This document shows positions 1-9,771 of a stretch of 61,197 bases of DNA, one piece after another. A model generated the notes under the pieces. That model saw only the letters and a program-made list of their open reading frames with translations. It had not been told where the DNA came from and made no database searches. The DNA is from Chlamydiota bacterium. Its GTDB lineage: Bacteria > Chlamydiota > Chlamydiia > Chlamydiales > JAAKFR01. Position numbers and translations under genes: made by a program. The DNA lies in assembly GCA_013287335.1 (NCBI GenBank), contig JABDDZ010000002.1:1-61197 (forward strand). Reading direction: 5' to 3'. Position 1 is the first letter of the stretch; each line of letters opens with the position of its first letter.

Positions 1-120
1 ACTCCAAAGTTTCCTATAGCTCAAAATTCAGATCTAAAAAATATTTTTAATTCCTGCAAAACTTCTTGTTTTATACAAAGAAAAATTTCAATCTAAGAAA
101 AAAATAGGCAGGGCAAGAAT

Positions 121-2770
121 ATGAGTAGTGAGGAGAAGAAGATCTCTCCTGAATATAAAGAGGCAGCTGGAAGCTCTTTGCAAAATAGTGAGTTGTTATT
201 TAGGCAGTTTGGAGAAAATAGCTCCGATATACTTTGGATGTCGTCGCTCACAGAAGACAAAGTTCTTTATGTAAGCCCCCATTTTGAAAAGATCTGGGGA
301 ATATCTTTGGCAAGCCTCCATTATTCCCGCGCAGAATGGCTTACAACCGTATATCCAGAAGATAGAGAGAAAGCGGAAAAATACTATGGAATTAATACCC
401 ATTGTGTCGCTCCAAATGGCGAAATTGAGTATCGCATCCGCAGACCGGATAGTTCTGTCCGCTGGATAAATGATCAGGCATTTATTGTGAATAATGAGCA
501 GGGTAATCCTTACCGGATAGGCGGAATAAGCAGGGATATCACGAGTAGTAAAATGTCTGAATTGCGAAGAGATATACGTCATGAAATCGCCCTGGCCTTC
601 GAAAAATATAATCAACTAGAAGAGCTGGCCCCAAAAATATCACAAATTTTTTGCGAATGGCTTGGTTGGAAAATAGGGATATTCTGGAGCGTGGATCCCA
701 ATATCAATACCGCCCGTTTTTTTTTCCTCATGGTACCGCGAAGACAAGTCTTTGGAGGGCTTTGCAAAAAGCTGCCACCCTATGGAATTTAATTCATATT
801 TTGGTCTTGTGGGTAAAATTTTAACCGGGCATGAGGCGCTTCTTGTAAAAAACGTGGTTGGAACAGACTACTTTCTCCAGGCTGAAGCTGCCCGGCAAGC
901 AGATCTCAAAGATGCCCTGGGATTTCCTATCTATCTTAAGGGGAAAAGCTATGGTGTTATGGAATTTTTCGATCCCTCCATCGATGGTATTGATGCCCTT
1001 TGGCTCGATTTTTTTAACGATATTGCTACACAGATTGGTCTCTTCATCGAAAAGAAAATCGCAGAGAAAGCCCTGATTCTGAGCGAGGAGAAGTTTAGAA
1101 GCAGCTTCGAACATGCAACGATTGGGATCTCTCTTGTGTCGCTTCAGGGGCAGTTTTTCCAGGTCAATAGTTCCTTATGCGAAATGTTGAATTTTTCAAA
1201 AGAAGAATTATTGCAGAAAAATTTAAAAGATTTAACTTTTAAAGAAGATTTAGTAAAAGAAATGACCTATCTCCAGCAACTCCTTGCTGGTGAAAAGACT
1301 CACTTTCAACTAGAAAAGCGATTTATTACAAAAGATCACGAGCTTCTTTGGACTTATTCTAGCGCTTCTTTAGTAAGAAATGCGGACAATATCCCTCTTT
1401 ATTTTGTATATGAAGCGCAAGACATCTCTGTAAGAAAACATGCTGATGAAAAACTCATCCACCTTGCGTATTATGATATTTTGACCGGACTGCCAAATAA
1501 AAAATTATTGGAAGAGACTCTTAACCAAACACTCCTGACAAGTATTGTAGAGAAAGGCAAAACTGTAGTTTTTTTCATAAACATACACCGCTTGAAAAGT
1601 ATCCATGAAACTTTCGGCACTGAAATCTGTGATCTCGTTGTCAAGCAAATAGCATTGAGACTGACTGACCGGATTCAGATTAAAGATATTGTCGGACGGG
1701 GGGCTTCGGGTGAATTCATAGTTGTTCTTTCCAGTATAAAATCCAGCGAAGTTGCGATCCTCTACGCTCAAAAACTCCTTAGTGTTATCAAAGATCCCAT
1801 TATTATTGAAGATAGAAAACTTTTTATCACAGCAAGTATTGGAATCTCGGTTTTTCCTGATGATGGGAATCAAACTTCAACTTTATTCAAAAATGCTCAT
1901 ATGGCAATGAACTCTGCAATGAAGGGGGGTGTGGATAATTTCCAATTTTATACCGGAGAGATGTTCAAGCAATTACAAGAAAAAAATCTCATCGAAAACC
2001 ATCTCCATAGAGCTATTGCCAACAATGAACTCTCTCTCCACTATCAACCTATTGTGAGTATGGAAAGCGGTAAGACAGTAGAGGTTGAAGCCCTTCTTCG
2101 CTGGAATTCCAAAGAGCTGGGACTCATCCCTCCATCAAAATTTATCCCCATTGCAGAAGAGAGCGATCTGATTTTTAAAATTGGAACATGGATTTTGAGA
2201 GAAGTGTGCAAAACCGCAAAGATGTTGGAAAAGGAAAATCTCCTCAACTTTCTTTTCTCTATTAATATTTCACCCATCCAATTAAAAGAGGAAAATTTTA
2301 TTCCATTGTTGAACAGCATCTTGCAAGAGCATGGTTTAGACTATAAGTGCTTGCAATTTGAAATTGTCGAAAGCCAGTTGCTCGAAAATATCAAAGAATC
2401 GAAGGATACAATCTCTGCCTTAAAAGCACTCCATATACAATTTGCAATTGATGATTTTGGTGTCGGATACTCCTCATTCAGCTACTTACGCCATTTTAAG
2501 TTTGATCGATTTAAAATAGACATCTCATTTATTCGTAATATCGACAAGGATCCAAAAAATATAAGCATTGTTGCAGGCATTATTGGCATGTGCGAAGCGC
2601 TTGGAATTCCAACCATTGCAGAAGGGGTGGAAACAAAAGAAGAATACGAACTGCTAAAGAAGATCGGATGCAGGGAAGTGCAGGGATATTTCATCTCCTA
2701 CCCTCTTGCCTATGACCAGCTTAAAGCATTTATACTCAAGCAGAAAGAAGAAGTTGCCCTGAGAGGATAA
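121..2770 (+). pseudogene. PAS-GAF-PAS-GGDEF(degenerate)-EAL signalling protein, split into two ORFs (121-792, 752-2770) by a frameshift in a T9 run
   Basis: Both ORFs align along the full length of the intact 881 aa paralogue at 2843-5488. Frame 1 matches up to NTARFF. The frame of the second ORF, read upstream of its TTG, gives FFSSWYREDKSLEGF, matching FFAAWHQGGNKSLEDF in the paralogue. Removing one T from 717-725 restores one ORF. EAL-domain motifs are present: EVEALLRW, DDFGVGYSS, EGVET, QGY. Confidence 0.75.
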
Positions 2771-2842
2771 TTTAAATCTCTTGTTTTATACAAATAAAAA
2801 TTTCAATGTAGGGAAAAAGCTAAAGCTTGAAGGGAAAAAAAG

Positions 2843-5488
2843 ATGAGCCTTGAACCGAATAAGAGTGAGCCGAAAGTAAAAGTAGATGAATCATCTCCCC
2901 AAGGCGATGAGGGGCTATTCAGGCAGTTTGTGGAAAGTAGTTCTGATGTGTTTTGGAGGGCATCTCTGGCAGATGATAAAGTTCTTTATGCAAGCCCCAG
3001 TTTTGAAAAGGTATGGGGAATCTCTCTGGAGAGCCTCCAATATTCCCGCACAGAATGGCTTAAAACTGTCCTGCCAGAAGATAGGGAAAGAGTGGGGAAG
3101 TACTATGGGATTACTGCCAAATTTGCCCCTCCAACTGAGAACATTGAGTTTCGCATCCGGCTGCCGGACAGCTCTATCCGATGGATAAGTGGCGATGTAT
3201 TTGCGGTAAAAGATACAAAAGGAGAGTTTTTCCAGGCAGGAGGGACGGCCAGAGATATCACCTTTAATAAGATGTCTGAGTTACGCATCAACATACGTCA
3301 TGAAATGTCCAGGGCATTCGAACTCTACAATTCATTGGAAGAGGTAACGCCAAAAATAATCGAGATCTTTTGCAAACACCTTGGCTGGCAAATAGGAATA
3401 TTCTGGAAGGTCAATCATACTACTAATGTCGCCACTTTCTTCGCTGCCTGGCACCAGGGGGGTAATAAATCTCTAGAGGATTTTGAAAGTACCTGTTCCC
3501 CTATGCAATACAACGCAGAGGCTGGCATTGTTGGAAAAATTTTAAATAAGCGTGAAGTGGCTGTCTTAAAAAACGTGGTAGATTCCGGTAATTTTATCGA
3601 AACAGAAGCTGCACGCCATGCCGATCTCAAGGACGTTCTGGGCTTTCCTATTTATTTGAAGGGACAAACCTATGGCGTTATGGAATTTTTTAATTCTTCA
3701 ATCGATGGCCTTGGTGCCGGTTGGCTCGATTTTTTAAATGACATTGCAAAAGAGATGAGTCTCTATATCGAACGGAAACTCGTGGAGAGTGCACTCATCA
3801 CGAGTGAGGAGCGGTTTAGAAGCTCTTTCGAGCATGGAGCTATTGGGGTCTCCCTTGTCACCCTTGAAGGAGATTTTTTCCAGGTAAATAACGCCCTTTG
3901 CGAAATGATGAATTTTTCCAAAGAGGAATTTACAAAGAAAAATTTCAAAGAACTCACTTTTAAAGAAGACTTAATCAAGGAGATGACTTATCTAAATCAA
4001 CTTCTTGCCGGAGAAACCACCCACTATCAAACAGAAAAGCGATTTACAACAAAAAATAAAGAGATCTTATGGGCCTTCGCAAGTGTCTCTTTGGTAAGAG
4101 ATGCCCAAAACAACCCCTCCTATTTTATCTATGAGGTGCAAGATATCTCTTCCCGAAAACACACAGAGGAAAAACTCATTCATCTTGCCTATTATGACAT
4201 TTTAACCGGTCTTCCAAATAAAAAATTGATTGAATTCAATCTTGCCCAAACGCTCGTAACAAGTTTTTTGCTCAACGATAAAACTGCGATTTTTTTTACC
4301 AGCGTTAACTTTAAATTTATCGATGACACCACCTCAGCCGACATAAGCGACAGGATTTTAAAGCAAGTCGCCCTCAGACTAACCGACCGGATTCAGATAA
4401 AAGATATTGTCGGGCGATGGGACACCGGTGAATTCATTGTGGTTCTCGCCAATGTAAGATCACTGGAAGCCGTGGCCCTCTTTGCCCAAAAACTCCTTGC
4501 GATCATTAAAGATCCCCTGATTATCGATGATAAGAAATTTTTTGTTACGGCAAGTATAGGAATTTCGATTTTTCCAGATGATGCCAATCAATCGCCTACT
4601 CTATTCAAAAATGCCCGTATGGCAATGAATTATGCAAAAAAAGATGGAATGGATAATTTCCAATTTTACACAGAGACAATGCTCAAGCAGGCACAGGAAA
4701 AGAATCTCATTGAAAATCATCTTCATAGATCCCTCTCCAAGAACGAACTTTTTCTTAACTTTCAACCTATTGTAGATATAGATAGCAGAAAGACGGTTGA
4801 GGTAGAAGTCCTTCTTCGTTGGAATTGTAAAGAACTGGGGCTTGTTCCCCCATCAAAATTTATCCCTATCGCAGAGGAGAGCGACCTGATTTTGAAAATT
4901 GGAGAGTGGACCCTTCGGGAGGTATTTAAAACTGCAAAGATATTGGAAGGCGAACAATATCCCAACTTTCTATTCTCAGTTAACATTTCAGCCCTCCAGT
5001 TAAAAGAGAAAAATTTCATCACCTTGGTGAAACAACTCCTGAAAGAATATGACCTGGATCCTAAGCATCTGCAATTTGAAATTGTGGAGAGCCAACTGCT
5101 CGAAAATATCAAAGAATCGATCGATACAATCAGCGCTCTCAAAGAACTCAACATTCAATTTGCAATCGATGACTTTGGAGTTGGATACTCCTCATTCAGC
5201 TACTTGCGCCACTTTAAGTTTGATCGATTTAAAATAGATATCTCCTTCATTCGCAACATTGACAAGGATCCAAAAAATACAAGCATCGTTGCAGGTATTA
5301 TTGGGATGTGCGAAGCGCTTGGCATTCCAACCATTGCTGAAGGGGTGGAAACAAAAGAAGAATTCGAACTGCTAAAGAAGATTGGATGCAGGGAAGTGCA
5401 GGGGTATTATATCTCTTACCCTCTTGCATATGATCCATTCAAAGAGTATATGCTCAAACAAAAAGAAGAGATCGCAATCAAAATCTAA
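2843..5488 (+). CDS. PAS-GAF-PAS-GGDEF(degenerate)-EAL protein, probable c-di-GMP phosphodiesterase or sensor
   Basis: 881 aa ORF. The GGDEF position reads RWDTGEF, so it is degenerate. The EAL domain carries EVEVLLRW (EVL variant), NIS, FEIVES, DDFGVGYSSFSYL, KIDISF, EGVET and QGYYISYP. A GAF-like block (GIVGKIL...GFPIYLKGQTYGVMEFF) and two PAS-like blocks precede it. Confidence 0.85.
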   Translation: MSLEPNKSEPKVKVDESSPQGDEGLFRQFVESSSDVFWRASLADDKVLYASPSFEKVWGISLESLQYSRTEWLKTVLPEDRERVGKYYGITAKFAPPTENIEFRIRLPDSSIRWISGDVFAVKDTKGEFFQAGGTARDITFNKMSELRINIRHEMSRAFELYNSLEEVTPKIIEIFCKHLGWQIGIFWKVNHTTNVATFFAAWHQGGNKSLEDFESTCSPMQYNAEAGIVGKILNKREVAVLKNVVDSGNFIETEAARHADLKDVLGFPIYLKGQTYGVMEFFNSSIDGLGAGWLDFLNDIAKEMSLYIERKLVESALITSEERFRSSFEHGAIGVSLVTLEGDFFQVNNALCEMMNFSKEEFTKKNFKELTFKEDLIKEMTYLNQLLAGETTHYQTEKRFTTKNKEILWAFASVSLVRDAQNNPSYFIYEVQDISSRKHTEEKLIHLAYYDILTGLPNKKLIEFNLAQTLVTSFLLNDKTAIFFTSVNFKFIDDTTSADISDRILKQVALRLTDRIQIKDIVGRWDTGEFIVVLANVRSLEAVALFAQKLLAIIKDPLIIDDKKFFVTASIGISIFPDDANQSPTLFKNARMAMNYAKKDGMDNFQFYTETMLKQAQEKNLIENHLHRSLSKNELFLNFQPIVDIDSRKTVEVEVLLRWNCKELGLVPPSKFIPIAEESDLILKIGEWTLREVFKTAKILEGEQYPNFLFSVNISALQLKEKNFITLVKQLLKEYDLDPKHLQFEIVESQLLENIKESIDTISALKELNIQFAIDDFGVGYSSFSYLRHFKFDRFKIDISFIRNIDKDPKNTSIVAGIIGMCEALGIPTIAEGVETKEEFELLKKIGCREVQGYYISYPLAYDPFKEYMLKQKEEIAIKI

Positions 5489-5534
5489 TCCTCTCTCAAC
5501 TTTAGGAATTATACTTTTAACTCCTTAATCCCTA

Positions 5535-5692
5535 GTCGGGCACGCACGCGGGCACGGGCACGGGCACGATTAAATTTTTTATCCAAATCTTTCCGTAAGT
5601 TTAGGGAAAAAAGAAACCGATTTCTGAGAGAAGAGGTTGAATACAAGAAAGTTATTTTCGTGCCCGTGCCCATGCCCGCGTGCGTGCCCGAC
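5535..5692. repeat. MITE/REP-like element with about 34 bp inverted arms made of GGGCACG-type heptads flanking an AT-rich core of about 88 bp
   Basis: The left arm is GTCGGGCACGCACGCGGGCACGGGCACGGGCACGA. The reverse complement of the right arm differs at one base. The core is homologous to the core of the element at 27578-27711, which lies in the opposite orientation. The element sits between the convergent genes ending at 5488 and 5720. Confidence 0.85.
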
Positions 5693-5719
5693 TCTTTATT
5701 CTTACTTTCATGCAAAAAA

Positions 5720-7489
5720 TCATAAAGTTGAGTCTGTATAGGCGAGGTTTTGCTTGAGAAAGTTTTGGAGAAGGGTTTCGACTTCGCCAGATGTGGAGAG
5801 TTTAAGGGCCTCTTCTGCAAGTTCGCAAGCTTCTACGTAGGAGATTCTGCGTATAATATCTTTAATAGAGGGAATTGTTGGAACGGAGACGGAAAATTCA
5901 TGCACGCCGAGACCCAAAAGAAGAGCTGTATAGAGTAGATCTCCGGCGATTTCCCCACAAACACTTAACGTTTTTTTGACTCTATTTGTCTCTGCAACGA
6001 TCATTTTGATCATCCGCAAAATACTTGGATGAGAGGGTTGATAGAGATAACTCAGACTCGGATTTCCTCTATCAACCGCTAATGCGTATTGGACAAGATC
6101 ATTTGTGCCAATAGAAATAAAGTCACACTCTTTCAAAAGCAGGTCGACTGTGAGGGCAGCTGATGGGACTTCGATCATACATCCAATGGGAATGGAACGT
6201 GAAAAGGGAATCCCCTCCTCTTTTAACTCTTTTTTTGCCTCTTCAACTACCTTTTTAGCATCGCGCAGCTCCTCCAGGCCTGAAATCATTGGAAAGAGGA
6301 TGCTCACCTCACCAAAAGCGCTCGCGCGCATAATGGCTCGGAGCTGTACCTTAAAGTTCTTTTTATCCTTGAGCATTAACCGGATGGCACGGCAGCCGAG
6401 ATAGGGATTTTTTTCATATTGGGGGGGATGAAAGTTACCGAATTTATCTCCGCCAAAATCAAATGTTCTTATTACGCAAGGGTACTGGCCTACCTTTTCT
6501 ACAAGACGGCGGTAGACATCAAGCTGCTCCTCCTCATGCGGAAAAGTCTCTTTTGACATAAAAATATATTCGGATCGAAAAAGGCCAATCCCCTCTCCCC
6601 CATATATCAAAATTTTATCGAGGTCATCGCCGCACATCTCGATATTTGCTGAGATCTGAGCTTTATAACCGTCGATTGTTTCTGCATCGAGGGAGTAGGT
6701 CTTTTGAAGGTCGGTGACGTGTGTTCTAAGTCTCTTATTCTTATCTGCATAGGCAGAAAGAGTCTTGTGAGACGGATTGATTATGACAGAGCCGGACTCC
6801 CCATCAACAATCACTTCGTGCACAGGAAAAAGATTGAGACTTGGAAAATCGACATTGGTAACAAAAGGAATGCCCATCGATCGGGCCATAATGGCTACAT
6901 GAGAGGTCTCAGCCCCGCTACGGGTGACAAAGGCCTGAATAAATTCGGTTTTCGCCTCTGCGGTATCTGAAGGAGCGAGTTCATGGGCAAAGATGATATG
7001 TTTAGAGTCGATCCCCGATAGGGATTGTCGCTTTTGGGGGCGAAGATGTCCAAAGATGCGGCGCGCAATGTCTTGGAAATCTTTCAACCGCTCGCGAAAG
7101 AACTGGTTGGTGATCTTCTGGAATTTCTGCTCATATTCGGAGATTACCGACTTAAATACATATTCCGTATTTTTTCCCTTTCTCCGAATCTGCTCCTCCA
7201 TCTGGACTGTCATTACGGGATCGTGGAGCATTTCCAGATGAGTCCCAAGAATTGCGACTCCCTCGCCTCCCCCCTCGCTCTGCAATTTCTGCTGAAGAGT
7301 CAGGACATCTTTACGTGAACATTTCAAAGCCTGGTACCAACGGGCTACCTCCTCTTCAATCTGTTCTACAGCGATCGAAAACTCTGGCACTGACTCCTCA
7401 GCTACAATAAAGAGAAAAGGTTTTCCAATCGCAACCCCTGTGCAAATGGGATATCCTTTTAACTCAATCTCTGTAAGATCCAAATCCAT
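5720..7489 (-). CDS. ptsI: Phosphoenolpyruvate-protein phosphotransferase (PTS enzyme I)
   Basis: 589 aa with the active-site His context SGAETSHVAIMARSMGIP and a C-terminal PEP-utilising domain (IGTNDLVQYALAVDR). It lies directly downstream of ptsH. Confidence 0.93.
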   Translation of the reverse strand: MDLDLTEIELKGYPICTGVAIGKPFLFIVAEESVPEFSIAVEQIEEEVARWYQALKCSRKDVLTLQQKLQSEGGGEGVAILGTHLEMLHDPVMTVQMEEQIRRKGKNTEYVFKSVISEYEQKFQKITNQFFRERLKDFQDIARRIFGHLRPQKRQSLSGIDSKHIIFAHELAPSDTAEAKTEFIQAFVTRSGAETSHVAIMARSMGIPFVTNVDFPSLNLFPVHEVIVDGESGSVIINPSHKTLSAYADKNKRLRTHVTDLQKTYSLDAETIDGYKAQISANIEMCGDDLDKILIYGGEGIGLFRSEYIFMSKETFPHEEEQLDVYRRLVEKVGQYPCVIRTFDFGGDKFGNFHPPQYEKNPYLGCRAIRLMLKDKKNFKVQLRAIMRASAFGEVSILFPMISGLEELRDAKKVVEEAKKELKEEGIPFSRSIPIGCMIEVPSAALTVDLLLKECDFISIGTNDLVQYALAVDRGNPSLSYLYQPSHPSILRMIKMIVAETNRVKKTLSVCGEIAGDLLYTALLLGLGVHEFSVSVPTIPSIKDIIRRISYVEACELAEEALKLSTSGEVETLLQNFLKQNLAYTDSTL

Positions 7490-7495
7490 GAGTAC

Positions 7496-7786
7496 TCACT
7501 CCCCAAACTGATTTTCGAAAGCCGCAAGCAGTTCCTCGCAGACTTCATTTGCATCTTCACCCTCAATTGTAATGGTGATCTGCCCATTTTTTGGAACTGC
7601 GAGCATCAAAATATTTAAAATACTCTTTGCAGTAACTGTTTCTTTCCTGTAAGTGAAAAAAACTTCACTTTTGACATTTTGAAGAAGCTTAACAATATGA
7701 GTTGCCGGACGGGTATGTAATCCTAAGGCATTAGTCACACGAATCTTTTTCACCAAGTGGATTCTTTCATTTTCCTTAATTGTCAT
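7496..7786 (-). CDS. ptsH: Phosphocarrier protein HPr
   Basis: 96 aa with the His15 context NALGLHTRPATHIV and a Ser46-like context TAKSILNILML. It is flanked by hprK and ptsI. Confidence 0.9.
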   Translation of the reverse strand: MTIKENERIHLVKKIRVTNALGLHTRPATHIVKLLQNVKSEVFFTYRKETVTAKSILNILMLAVPKNGQITITIEGEDANEVCEELLAAFENQFGE

Positions 7787-8771
7787 TGGTTCTGGCTCTC
7801 GTTAAAATAGACTTCTTTGCTACAAAGAGATGTGGGGCTTGACCCCGAGAAATAAGCGTTTGCAATTTAGTGTTAAATTCTTTTGCAGAGTGGCATCCTA
7901 TTGTTTTAAGCCGGTGGTTTAGAGCAAGAGTCTCAAGCAAAAGCACAATATCCCGACCGGGCTTTACAGGAAGAATATGATAGGGAAGAATAACCCCAAG
8001 AATATTTAAAGAAGCCTCTTCTAAGCCAGCTCGGTCATAAAAGCAGTTATCATCCCATACTTCCAACTTGACGACAATATCAAGACTTTTCTTGTCTAAA
8101 ACAGCTGTGGCTCCATAGAGATTTGCAACATTAATAATCCCAATTCCGCGAATGACCATGTGGAAACGGGAGGCTTCAATGCCAAAACCAATGAGATTTC
8201 CATCATCTTGCTTTTTAACTTTCACAAGATCATCAGAAACTAATCGATGTCCTTTTGCAAGGAGCCCTAAAGCTGCTTCGCTCTTTCCAATAGTTGGGTC
8301 TCCCTGGATAAGCACTCCCACTCCAAAGATATCTAATAGGGTTGCATGACAATTTAATAGAGGAGTGAAATCTTCCCGCAATAGTGAGGTGAGTCGTAAA
8401 AGAAAATCCATTGTCTCGAGGGAGGTTTGAAAGAGGGGGAGCTGCTTTTCTTCGCAAATTTGAGTAAGCTCTTTCAAGTGACCACCAGAATGAGTGAGAA
8501 ATAATGCGGGAGTAGTAAAAGAGAGGAGCATCTCCAGCCTCTCTCTTAGCAAAGAGGGGGGGAGCTCCCTTAAATACTCTATTTCGCTTTTGCCGAAAAT
8601 TAAGATCGCTTTTTCCGCATATCCTTTCCAATATCCTGAAAGACAGAGTCCTGGTTGATGAACCTCTGTTGAGGTGATCTGACGCAGCAAACCTTTTTCT
8701 TTCCCTGCGAGAAGCTTCAACCCAAGGGTTCCCTTATATTTTTTGTAGAGATCTTCAACAGAATAGTTCAT
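7776..8771 (-). CDS. hprK: HPr kinase/phosphorylase
   Basis: 331 aa with a P-loop variant GDPTIGKSEAALGL followed by GHRLVSDDLV. It overlaps the ptsH start by 11 nt. Confidence 0.85.
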   Translation of the reverse strand: MNYSVEDLYKKYKGTLGLKLLAGKEKGLLRQITSTEVHQPGLCLSGYWKGYAEKAILIFGKSEIEYLRELPPSLLRERLEMLLSFTTPALFLTHSGGHLKELTQICEEKQLPLFQTSLETMDFLLRLTSLLREDFTPLLNCHATLLDIFGVGVLIQGDPTIGKSEAALGLLAKGHRLVSDDLVKVKKQDDGNLIGFGIEASRFHMVIRGIGIINVANLYGATAVLDKKSLDIVVKLEVWDDNCFYDRAGLEEASLNILGVILPYHILPVKPGRDIVLLLETLALNHRLKTIGCHSAKEFNTKLQTLISRGQAPHLFVAKKSILTRARTNDN

Positions 8772-8829
8772 GAAAGCAGATTACATCCCTAATAGCTCTT
8801 TTTCCTTTCAACTTTGAGAAGAGGATCAA

Positions 8830-9651
8830 TCATATATCGCCATCTTCAAGGTAGAAAAGCAGCCAATCAAGAAAGGTTGGAAACGCCATATTTTCTTGTA
8901 AATGATTAGCATCTAAAAAATTACTCATTAATTTTTCCTGTTCGGAAAAAAAGACATTCCCCATCTCCTCTCCCTCATACCAATCGGTAAAAAAGCATTG
9001 ATAGCAATGCAGGCCATAGGATTCATAGAAGGGAATTAAACTTGAAGGATTAATGATCTGTCCTTGGGCTGCGACAATGACCTCATCACCCAGCAATTGC
9101 TGAAATTTGAGATAAGTTTTCACCATATCACGCGTTTTAATAAGGCCGGTATCGGTGTATTTGCAAAAGCCATCATGAATTTGCAAGAAATTTAAGTAAT
9201 CACGCGGAAAAGAGATGGTACCAAACTGTTTTTCAAGATTATTAATTGTATCTAAGGAAGCTGGAGGGGAGCCGTTGAAAAAGGCTGCTGCATCTTTTAG
9301 GCCATAAACCATATGAACATCAAAAGGAAGGCCGGGGCTTGTCTGAGTAGCATAGATGCCAAGCTCTTCAAGTTCATCGAAAAAGGAAATGATTCTCCTT
9401 TCTAGATTTTCATTATCGCGCAAAGTATTGGGTATTTTCGAAAGCCAATAATCTCTTGTAAATTCAATGCGATAGGAAGCGGGCAGCCGGCTGAGCTCGT
9501 ACCAGCCCCTGGGCAGTGCAGGTACTTGCGAGTTTAAAAATTCCCAGGTGAGATCGGGTTCCTCATGAAGGGCTATGACTTTGTGGAAATGCTCTTTTCG
9601 AGAGAGATGTCCCAAGGAATCCGATAAGGGATCTGAAAAAAAATCACCCAT
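8830..9651 (-). CDS. Hypothetical protein, possibly SMI1/KNR4 (SUKH)-like
   Basis: 273 aa. The central block FPRDYLNFLQIHDGF resembles the SMI1/KNR4 signature (lP.dY..Fl...nG). It occupies the slot between the PTS genes and comEC. Confidence 0.4.
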   Translation of the reverse strand: MGDFFSDPLSDSLGHLSRKEHFHKVIALHEEPDLTWEFLNSQVPALPRGWYELSRLPASYRIEFTRDYWLSKIPNTLRDNENLERRIISFFDELEELGIYATQTSPGLPFDVHMVYGLKDAAAFFNGSPPASLDTINNLEKQFGTISFPRDYLNFLQIHDGFCKYTDTGLIKTRDMVKTYLKFQQLLGDEVIVAAQGQIINPSSLIPFYESYGLHCYQCFFTDWYEGEEMGNVFFSEQEKLMSNFLDANHLQENMAFPTFLDWLLFYLEDGDI

Positions 9652-9771
9652 GCTCGCAGCTTACGTAAATAAGGCCTTAAGAATACAGAAAGATTTTTTT
9701 TCGGTAAACCACCGCCTTCCTTTCTCATCAAATTTCAACTATATTGTGCAAAAATCAGGTGAATAAACGAC

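Noticed and set aside
5535..5570. GGGCACG heptad arrays considered as a CRISPR array or other spacer-containing array.
   Set aside because: The units are 7 nt and directly abutting, with no unique spacers. The arrays occur as inverted pairs around a conserved core, and no cas genes are present. This is MITE/REP-like, not CRISPR.
5509..5820. 103 aa minus-strand ORF containing RARARVRARLG.
   Set aside because: It is the translation of the GGGCACG-heptad repeat arms and their AT-rich core, and it runs into the 3' end of ptsI. The periodic Arg/Ala is a repeat artefact, not a gene.
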